Assembly (NCBI GenBank): GCA_044892505.1 | Contig: CM097884.1 | Location: 106,144,001 to 106,208,000, forward strand | DNA: 64,000 nucleotides | Reading direction: 5' to 3' | DNA from: Schmidtea nova | Taxonomy: Eukaryota | Part shown: positions 51,577-60,358 of the stretch, one piece after another | How the letters are laid out: every line of letters begins with the position of its first letter | How positions within the stretch are numbered: the first letter of the stretch is position 1 | Notes under the pieces: generated by a model | Seen by the model: the letters and a program-made list of their open reading frames with translations, nothing else | Database searches by the model: none | What the model was told of the DNA's origin: nothing | Made by a program: the position numbers and the translations under genes

Positions 51577-53931
51577 TAAGTGTGGGGTCGAAGACTTTAC
51601 ATGCTGATACAACTCTTGGATTTGCTGAAGATATGATAGAAATTAGCGAAGTTTTGTCTGAGAAAGAATTTGTCTGAGAAAGATATAAAAAAGAATAACG
51701 TTCCAGATATTAGAAAATATAGAAAAAGACATGGACAAGTCTATTAAAGTGGAAGATAAAATTAAAGTAATGAAAATTATTAGTAATATAAAAAATATCT
51801 TTAGCAAATATAAAATAAATATTGGAGTATCGGACGTAATTAACCATGAAATTGACACAGGATTAGCAAAACCAATAAATTTCAAACCTAGGAATGTACC
51901 TAGAGGTTTAGAAGAAAGTGTCAATAACATGGTAGTGGAAGCAGGCTTTATTAGAGAGAGCAACTGGCCATGAATTTTTCTAATAGTAGTGGTAAAAAAG
52001 AATGTGAAATAAGAATGTGTGTCGATTATCGAGCATTAAACGCTAAAACATCAAGGTCAATATACGCTATTCCATCATCAAATGATTTATTCGACACCCT
52101 TGGAGAAGCAAAGTATTTTTCAACTTTAGATTTATCTAGTTGATACTATCAGGTGAAGGTCGATGAAAAAGACGTACAAAAAATAGCGTTTAGTACAAAG
52201 TATGAGCAGTATGGATTTATAAGAATGCCTTCCCGATTGTGTGGAGTCCAGCAACTTTTCAAAAGTTGATGAATGTTGTACTAAGAAACGTTGGGCTGGT
52301 AGTACTGAAATAAACTATTTTTGTTTTAATGCGTCGAAAATTAAATACTCAGATAAAGAGGCGAATTCAAAACTCGTGATAACACATAAGAGTATTAGGC
52401 AGAAAAAAAGCACAAAAGTATATAGGATAGTAAAACACAAATAAGTGCAAATAGTAGGCATATGAGCCGCATTTCATAAGTCGGTCGAGGTAGGGTTAAA
52501 ACGATAATAAAAATGCAGCTCAAAAGAGAGCACACAATTTGAGTGCAGGTCAAATGTACATACGAAAGACCGTACGAGAATTTAATGTGGAAGATCATTG
52601 CTCATATATTAAATACAAAAAACGTGATAGTAGATAAAATTTGTATTAAAATAAAGAGAATAGTTTATTAAAAATTATAGAAGAAATTCCCATTAAAATA
52701 TCGTTAAAATTACAGAAATAGGGACAAAAATAGAAAGAAATGGTCATTTATTATATTAACGCGAGCAAATTGGCCCCATACTGGACGCGCGCATAATTTA
52801 GTAGAATTAAAAATAAATATTTACAAACTAAACAAAGTAAATTATAAAACTAAATTTACTGAAAAACAAATAAATAATTGATTTATTAAAATTAATAATT
52901 TAAATATTAAAAGTAATCTATAAATTAAATTATAAATATTTCTGTTTAATGAACAGAATGCGGAGGTGTAACACAAATAAATAGTTTATGTAGGCCTTCG
53001 AAAATCATTATTTTAACCGAATTTTCACCATAAATTTTGGAAAAACTAGTTTTGCTTACAGATAGTGATCTTCAAAGTTTTCTCGCTCACCAGCCCACGT
53101 CAGTATTGTTATTTATAAGTCTTGTGGAATATCTGATTACGGAATCAGCAGGTATGTTTACGTTTAATATTTTCATGTGTAAAGGAAATTGATTATAAAT
53201 ATTGAAGTAAAATCATTTATTTTTGCTACACTATCTCAAATGATACCCCGATTAAACTGATTTAGGAAGGTCTCTGTCGACTCACCGGTCATAAGTTCCT
53301 TATGTGTTGGAGAAACCGAACCGAAGAGTTGTAATTTTCTTTAGAGCAGCGGAGATTATAAATGAAGGAAATTCAAATCAAGGCTTTAAAATACATTTAA
53401 TACAATTAAGAAATTCAAAAGGTAAATTATGACAAAGTAAGAATATCTGATGAGATTAAAATTGGCGATTTGGTGTTAGTTCGTAGAGAAAATAATCAAA
53501 GTCCCAATTCGAAATGTTATGGACCGTTTTCTATTGAAGCAGTCATTAATAAATGGACTTATCTACTATGAAGTAAAGATGGAAGAATTCTTCAGAAAAA
53601 CTACAACCAAATAAAAAAGGTGCCAAATAATTCAAGGGGTGTTGTATCACCGGAAACAAGTGTGCAAACAAGACCACAAGAAGATATCCAATAATTTCCA
53701 GAAATAATGTAAACCCTGTTTACCGTTGATCCTTACGAGGGGATGTTATATATTAATAATTTATAAAATGAAATTGTTTTATTATTAATACAGTTTTTGG
53801 ATCTTGATTTAAAATTGTTATAATATAAATTATTATTATATAAATACAACAGAATGTCACCATGAGAGAAATGTTTATTAAAACAAATTGAACCGAAGAC
53901 ATACAAAAGTATAAGAATGGGATTCATCAGA
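49440..53931 (+). mobile_element. Decayed Ty3/gypsy retrotransposon (gag, protease, RT, integrase remnants, start of 3' LTR)
   Basis: CFKCKKLGHIAICC knuckle (~49920); FFDTG protease (~50345); MCVDYRALN and FSTLDLSS RT motifs (52015-52140); GPF motif (~53520); polypurine GAGGGGA then TGT at 53744. Confidence 0.85.
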
Positions 53932-53976
53932 AGTAGGTAGATGTGTGGAGTCAAACACAAAGAAATGAGTCATAAT

Positions 53977-54041
53977 GCGTGGGCGGAAAATTTTAAACAA
54001 AGAACTTTTTTTTCCGAACCCCCCCCCCCCCGGGGGGGGTC

Positions 54042-54072
<31 letters not shown>

Positions 54073-54905
54073 CGCGCCAAAAATTTTTGAATTTTTTTTT
54101 TGAAAAATTTTTTAACACAAAATTTTTTTTTAACACAAATTTTTTTTTTAACACAAATTTTTTTTAACACAAATTTTTTCAACACAAAATTTTTTAACAC
54201 AAAATTTTTTAACACAAAATTTTTTAACATAAAATTTTTTAACATAAAATTTTTTAACACAAATTTTTTCAACACAAATTTTTTTCAACACAAAATTTTT
54301 TAACACAAAATTTTTTAACATAAAAATTTTAACACAAATTTTTTCAACACAAAATTTTTTAACACAAAATTTTTTAACACAAAATTTTTTAACACAAAAT
54401 TTTTTAACATAAAATTTTTTAACATAAAATTTTTTAACACAAATTTTTTCAACACAAATTTTTTTCAACACAAAAGTTTTTAACACAAAATTTTTTAACA
54501 TAAAATTTTTAACACAAATTTTTTCAACACAAAATTTTTTAACACAAAATTTTTTAACACAAATTTTTTTTTTTTTCACAAATTTTTTTTTTCACAAATT
54601 TTTTTTTTCATACAAATTTTTTTTTTTAAATTTTTTTTTTTTAAACAAAGAACTTTTTTATGCGTGGGCGTAAAAAATTTAAACTAAGAACTTTTTTATG
54701 CGTGGGCGTAAAAAATTTAAACAGAGAACTTTTTAATGCGTGGGCGTAAAAATTTTTAAACAAAGAACTTTTTCGAAACCCCCCCCTCGGGGGGGGCTAA
54801 ATTTTTTTTTTTTTTTTTTTTTTCAAAAATTATTTTTTTTTTGCGCCAAAAAATTTTAAAATTTTTAAAATTTTTTTTTTTTTTCAATTTTTTTTTCCCG
54901 CCAAA
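53977..54905 (+). promoter_or_regulatory. Cluster of EGR (4x GCGTGGGCG), E2F (TTTCGCGCCAAA, TTTCCCGCCAAA, TTTTGCGCCAAA) consensus sites, preceded by AP-1 TGAGTCA at 53966
   Basis: Motifs read directly at 53977, 54662, 54700, 54738 (EGR) and 54070, 54839, 54894 (E2F); function not demonstrated. Confidence 0.55.
54110..54600. repeat. Tandem 15/16-nt array (AACACAAAATTTTTT)n in the terminal region of copy 2
   Basis: Roughly 30 imperfect units read directly. Confidence 0.92.
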
Positions 54906-55143
54906 TTTATAATTGTAAATTAATTTTTTTTTTTTTTTACACAAATTTTTTTTTTACATAAATAATTTTAACAGAAATATTAGTCATCGAAAGGTTTGCA
55001 ACACGCGTGCAACTTAAACAAAGACAATGCAATACACGTGCAAGACTTTGCAACACGCGTGCAACTTAAACAAAGACAATGCAATACACGTGCAAGACTT
55101 TGCAATACACGTGCAACATGAACAAAGACATTGAAAATTAAAT

Positions 55144-55725
55144 TTATTTATAAATATATCGTTGTGTACGTGTACAAAATTTAGTTTCAAAATTATTTAC
55201 ATCTGGATTATTACTCGGAATATTATTCATAGGAATATTATTCATTGTAATATTATTCATCGGAATACTAGTATTTGTCGGAATATTATTCTTTGGAATA
55301 TTTGAAATCTTCTCCAGCCGTATGGATGCCGATAACATCATTATAATTATTAATATAAATAAACTTATATAATGTAATACAATGGCTGTTTTTTCATTTT
55401 CAACTGTTTGATTTTGGTATCTGACTTCATATTCTTTTTTAACAAAAGTTTGATTGATACATTTTAATCGTTCAACTATTTTCATCATTATTTTGGCAAT
55501 CATTTTTTCAATGTCATTATTAATCACATTATTTTTGGAAGGACATTGATTACATTGTAATTTTATTTGACTGCATTCAAGGTTTGAGTAAAGACATATA
55601 TCATTATAACTCGCACAAGTACTATCGTGTTTTCGAAACGGATGGGATGATTGACAATCTTCCAAAGCTTGTTCTCCTTCAGTATTGTGAACACATAATA
55701 ACAAAATAACTATATTTAATTTCAT
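55144..55725 (-). CDS. Predicted type I membrane glycoprotein with Cys-rich ectodomain, 193 aa
   Basis: Hydrophobic N-terminal signal, six-Cys cluster, two NQT sequons, TM segment AIVLHYISLFILIIIMMLSASI, tail with IPxNN repeats. Confidence 0.75.
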   Translation of the reverse strand: MKLNIVILLLCVHNTEGEQALEDCQSSHPFRKHDSTCASYNDICLYSNLECSQIKLQCNQCPSKNNVINNDIEKMIAKIMMKIVERLKCINQTFVKKEYEVRYQNQTVENEKTAIVLHYISLFILIIIMMLSASIRLEKISNIPKNNIPTNTSIPMNNITMNNIPMNNIPSNNPDVNNFETKFCTRTQRYIYK

Positions 55726-55792
55726 TTTAAAAACAAAAAACTAATATCAAAACTAAAATTGTTCATACTAAAAAATATTTATTAAAAAACAA

Positions 55793-56209
55793 TTATGCGT
55801 ATCTTGCATTGTCAACTCTCCAAATCGGAGTAACAACATCTTTTTTATCAATCTTGTACCCTTGAATAATAACTGTAACGAACCAGTGTTCTTGATCCAT
55901 GAAATCAATAGTCTGAAAAGCATCATGGAACCGAGTTTTTCTGTTATTGATGTACATGGTTTCTTTACATGTCAAATTAACATTGATCTTTGAAAATAAT
56001 CGATTTAATGCAATAATATCTGCTTTGGAAATAATTACAGCAAGACTGTCATATAAAGATTTTGTCAACTTTACCGGAAATGATAATCGATACGGTATTT
56101 CATTAACCAAAAAATAAAGTCTGCTGTCGTAGTACATCTGGACTGGTTTTACCTCAGTCTGATATATTTTTTCTTCGCTTATATCTAAATTTTCTTTTCT
56201 TGAATTCAT
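55793..56209 (-). CDS. Conserved accessory protein of unknown function (possible OB-fold SSB), 138 aa
   Basis: Open frame with a clear homolog in copy 1; conserved upstream TATAAATACAAAG. Confidence 0.75.
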   Translation of the reverse strand: MNSRKENLDISEEKIYQTEVKPVQMYYDSRLYFLVNEIPYRLSFPVKLTKSLYDSLAVIISKADIIALNRLFSKINVNLTCKETMYINNRKTRFHDAFQTIDFMDQEHWFVTVIIQGYKIDKKDVVTPIWRVDNARYA

Positions 56210-56698
56210 TTTATAAATTGTGACAATATTTTATAAAATGTCTTTGTATTTATACTAATGACTGCATGTCTTTGTCCAATCATATTCATGCATTTATCTT
56301 GCACACACTATGCACATGTATTGCATGTCTTTGTTATGTTTTTGTTGTATGTATGTTTACATGTTTTATTTAATTAGATATATATATATATATTTTTTTT
56401 TTAAACTTTCATTTTAAATTATTTATATAAACTCTATTTATTTACTTTATATAAATATATAACTTGATTAATAAAAATATAAATGTTTAATAAAAAAGTT
56501 ACTTAAACTAAAAAACAAAATATTACAATTAATGTAAAAATAACTTAAAACTAAAACTATCATAAAAATAACTTAAATAAAAAACTAAAACTGAAATGAA
56601 AAACGTTTATTTAACTAAAATAACAAAACTAAAATGACATTAACTATAAAACTAAAACTAAAACTGATTAAATTAAATTAAACACAAAAAATTGATCA

Positions 56699-57308
56699 TT
56701 ATTGTTGTTGTTCTTCATCGTTTTCTCCTTGTTGTTGTTCTTGTTGTTGTTCTTCTTCTTCATTATCAACCTTCCTGTGACAATCAGTACAATCAGGTGA
56801 CTCTGGCGATTCGTCACAATCTTTATTATCTGATGATTGTTCCATAGGACATTCGATATTTGATTGTTCGTCAATCGGCTCTGGAGTTGAGTTTGGCCAG
56901 TTTTGTTTTTCAATCTCTTCCTCCTCTTCCTCATTGTCCTCCTCAACTTTTTCCAGCTGTTGAGTATCAAATTGCTTTAGAGTATTTCTTAAGATCCAAA
57001 TATGGAATTTGCGGATCCGCTCGACGCAATTACCACATTGATAGGCACATACGATGTGCTCGGCCATATGGGGCAAGTCATTTGATAGATTTGTCAGATG
57101 GTCCAGTACGATCTGGTTCACATCTATTCCGGTCAACACCATGATTTTATATGGAAACAGCTCCGGTGCTGTATAGGTGAGTGTCGGCATGAGGTTCGGA
57201 AATATTTCTGACAATTTCGTGTAGACAACTGACATAAGCTTTTCTAAAAAAAAAAAATAATATTAATATTGAAAATCAATAAGTAGTGTCCTTACCACTT
57301 TTCAACAT
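56699..57308 (-). CDS. Acidic/Gln-rich Cys-containing accessory protein; probable short first exon 57296-57308 and 52-nt intron
   Basis: Main ORF 56699-57235; GTAAG donor at 57295 and TAG acceptor at 57244 join MLKS in frame; homolog in copy 1. Confidence 0.75.
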
Positions 57309-57507
57309 TGTTTGTTCTAGACACATTTTTTATATGGATATAAACTATGTGAGATTGTCTATAGTTTATATATGAAAGAAACACACATGACTTAGAAAAC
57401 GATACACAATGAACCAATCAGAGTGAAGCATGCACAACATGTCTTTATTCTCGAAATACACACAGAACCAATCAGAATCGTGCATTTCTAATGCATCGAT
57501 ATTGCAG

Positions 57508-57975
57508 TCATGAGTCACATGTTAGTATGAAATCAACAAAGGCTTTATCTTCTATAACTGATTTTATATCGTTAATAATATCATCAACTATAGTTGAATA
57601 ATCTTTGTTTTTTAATCCTAATATGACTAATTTCCCACTTGCAAATATATTTACACACATGGGATTATATTTGGTATACCTTAAAGCTGGAAACAATTCT
57701 GGCTCGTAAACACACGGTATCAATCTCGATAATTCATTCAAATTACAAATGAATCCTAAATCCGCAGTTACAGTTATCGATTGAATTTTTAAATCGTAAA
57801 ACTCAACTTGTTCGTCACTAATAAATTCCCTACATCCCATTATTCTATATCTTCCTGTTTTAAAGTATATTATTGGATATTTCCCACTTCGATCTACAAT
57901 TTGCTGGGGTTTTCCATTTGGAAATTTCATGTGTGATACATCTGTCTTACCTTTGTAATTAATGTTTCTAATCAT
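57508..57975 (-). CDS. TBP-like (TATA-binding protein fold) protein, Polinton copy 2, 155 aa
   Basis: IRNIN...IIYFKTGRYRIMG (repeat 1) and KIQSITVTADLGF...YEPELFPALRY...VNIFASGKLVILG (repeat 2). Confidence 0.88.
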   Translation of the reverse strand: MIRNINYKGKTDVSHMKFPNGKPQQIVDRSGKYPIIYFKTGRYRIMGCREFISDEQVEFYDLKIQSITVTADLGFICNLNELSRLIPCVYEPELFPALRYTKYNPMCVNIFASGKLVILGLKNKDYSTIVDDIINDIKSVIEDKAFVDFILTCDS

Positions 57976-58068
57976 TACTGAAAATATGTTGAAATGAAAT
58001 AATTACTTTGAGAACCATTATTTAAAACAAATATAAACAATAACATTAAGAAAATATAATTTTTAAAT

Positions 58069-58692
58069 ATGGAATTAAGAAATGATGCAGTGTTTCAAAT
58101 TGTTGGTCCGAGCGGGAGTGGAAAAACTTTATTTGTTTGTAAATTATTGCAATCGAAATTATTCAAGTCGAAATTTAATAATATTTATTGGCATAGGGGT
58201 GCTGACGACGAAAATGGAATGACACAAGATCAGTTTTGTAAAATAAAAATGACAATCATAAAAGGTTTCGATAAAAACTGGTCATCTAGATTAAAACAAG
58301 GTGATGTGATTATCATTGACGACTTGTATCAAGAAGCAAATAAAGAAAAGGATTTTAATAATTTATTTACGAAAATCAGTAGACATAAAAGTGTTACTGT
58401 TATTTTTATAACTCAGAATTTATTTCATCAGGGCGGTAGTCATCGAACTCGTAATTTAAATGTTCAATATCTTGTTGTTTTTAAAAATCCTAGAGATGCA
58501 ACAGTTATTGATTTTCTGGCAAGACAAGCTTATCCTTCAAATCGTAACTTTTTGATTGAAGCCTTTCAGGATGCTACAAAATCTCCTCATGGATATATTT
58601 TCTTGGATTTTACTCAACAATGCAGTGATGATTTAAGGGTTAGAACTGATATTTTTAACAAGGAAGGAGCCATGGTTTATAAACAAAGTTAA
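58069..58692 (+). CDS. A32-like (FtsK/HerA superfamily) DNA packaging ATPase, 207 aa
   Basis: Walker A GPSGSGKT, Walker B IIIDD, SRH, ITQNLF, VFKNPRD and PHGYIFLD motifs. Confidence 0.93.
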   Translation: MELRNDAVFQIVGPSGSGKTLFVCKLLQSKLFKSKFNNIYWHRGADDENGMTQDQFCKIKMTIIKGFDKNWSSRLKQGDVIIIDDLYQEANKEKDFNNLFTKISRHKSVTVIFITQNLFHQGGSHRTRNLNVQYLVVFKNPRDATVIDFLARQAYPSNRNFLIEAFQDATKSPHGYIFLDFTQQCSDDLRVRTDIFNKEGAMVYKQS

Positions 58693-58712
58693 ATTGATTT
58701 ACAGTAATAATA

Positions 58713-59258
58713 ATGTTAATGAAATCTCGAGTAAAGTTTGAACGATTGATAAAAGCTCGAAAATCAATGAAAATAGGTAAGAAAGCAGGTCGAAGAAAGA
58801 AATCGACAAAGAAATCCGTTTCAAAATCAGTTTCAAAAACAAGTTATACACCATCGAAAAAACTAATTATGGATAATTTTCCCAAACAAAATCAAATTCC
58901 AATTAATTTGAAATCAAATGCTAAACAAGTACATCATCGGAGTTTTCCGTTTTTTAATGCATTGCTTAAAGCCCCATCCGCTAGAAGAATGGGTATTCTT
59001 CAATCGTTTCCTAATTACGTTATCGATGATTTACTCACTATTTTAATTAAAGTAGTACGAGGTAAAATGCATCTCAGTCCATCTAATCGACGTGTTTTGA
59101 ACAAGCATAAGAAACCATTGTTGTCGCTAGTAAAAACAAAAAATCGAAAACTTATGCGAAAAATAATATATAAACAACAAGGAGGATTTATTGCCGCATT
59201 ATTACCACTAGCTTTATCATTATTGGGAGGTGCTGGTTTATTGGGACAAAGGTCATAA
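58713..59258 (+). CDS. Basic Polinton virion/core-like protein, 181 aa
   Basis: Lys/Arg-rich N-terminus; C-terminal KQQGGFIAALLPLALSLLGG typical of the Polinton gene between ATPase and integrase. Confidence 0.8.
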   Translation: MLMKSRVKFERLIKARKSMKIGKKAGRRKKSTKKSVSKSVSKTSYTPSKKLIMDNFPKQNQIPINLKSNAKQVHHRSFPFFNALLKAPSARRMGILQSFPNYVIDDLLTILIKVVRGKMHLSPSNRRVLNKHKKPLLSLVKTKNRKLMRKIIYKQQGGFIAALLPLALSLLGGAGLLGQRS

Positions 59259-59313
59259 ACAATGGGTCAATCATTACCTAATTTAAATTTAAACTTTAAA
59301 TCTTCTTGTTGTA

Positions 59314-60358
59314 ATGGAGAAGATCTGGACGAACCCAAAAGACGACGCCGGTTTCGGTGGAGTCGAAAAGCTAAGGAAAAAAGCACAGAAGTCGAAACAA
59401 CAGACACAAAGTTGGTTATCGGGGCAACTTGCATACAGTCTAAACAAACCGATGTTGAAACGGTTTCCAACTCGAGCATATAAAACATATAGAATCAATG
59501 ATTTGTGGCAAATGGATTTGATGGAAATGATTCCGTATTCCGCTATTAACAAGGGGTACAAGTATATTTTAACATGTATTGATGTTTACAGTAGATTTGC
59601 TCGAGCAATTGGAGTCAAATCTAAATCTGCTAATGACATGGCAATTGCTATCAAGACAATGATGAAAAAGGATCGGCCAACTAATTTACAAACTGATTTG
59701 GGTAAATTTTAATTTAAATTTATAAATTTAATATTTTTTAGGAAAGGAATTTTACTACAGTAAAGTCAAGGAAGTTATCAAGGGAATAAATCATTATTCG
59801 GTATTCTCACAATTCAAAGCCGCTCATGTCGAGAGATTTAATCGAACTTTGCGGGATCGATTGAAAAAATACTTTGTTTTTAAAGGCAATAAAACCTGGA
59901 TTAATGTCTTACCTCAATTGATTCATAGTTATAATCATAGTGCTCATCGGGGTATAAATGGCAGGAAACCAGCAGAAGTAGTTGATACTGAAAATATTGT
60001 GAGTGAAGTGAAAGTAAAGAAACCAAAATATAAAGTTGATGATCATGTTCGAATTAGCAAGATTAGTGCATCGCCATTCATTAAAAATTTTGATAATAAT
60101 TGGAGTGATGAGGTATATCAAATATCGAAAGTCAACACAGTGCAGAATCCTGTCATGTATACTATTCGTGACTCTGATAACAATATAATCAGCGGCAAAT
60201 TCTACGAACAAGAATTACAAGTTATTCCTCCACCGACAATATTTAGAATTCAAAAAATCCTGAAATCTAAAATGGTGGGTAAGGATAAACAATACTATGT
60301 AAAGTGGCACGGATATAAAGAACCATCATGGATATCATCAAAAAACCTAGTAAAATGA
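59314..60358 (+). CDS. Retroviral-like (rve) integrase with C-terminal chromodomain; spliced (exons 59314-59701, 59742-60358), 334 aa
   Basis: WQMDL, LQTDLG|KEF and VERFNRTL catalytic D-D-E; YYVKWHGY chromodomain; removing a 40-nt GT-AG intron restores the frame. Confidence 0.92.

Noticed and set aside
53970-54944. ORFs with KKFCV / TKFFN repeats
   Set aside because: Translations of the 15-nt tandem array (a multiple of 3, lacking stops); no coding evidence.
56800-56900. LxCxE Rb-binding motif in the acidic ORF
   Set aside because: Only xxCDE occurs (KDCDE; SQCDE in copy 1); the required Leu is absent in both copies.
59909-60211. Antisense 100-aa ORF present in both copies (also 44794-45096)
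   Set aside because: Explained as the shadow frame of the conserved integrase coding strand.
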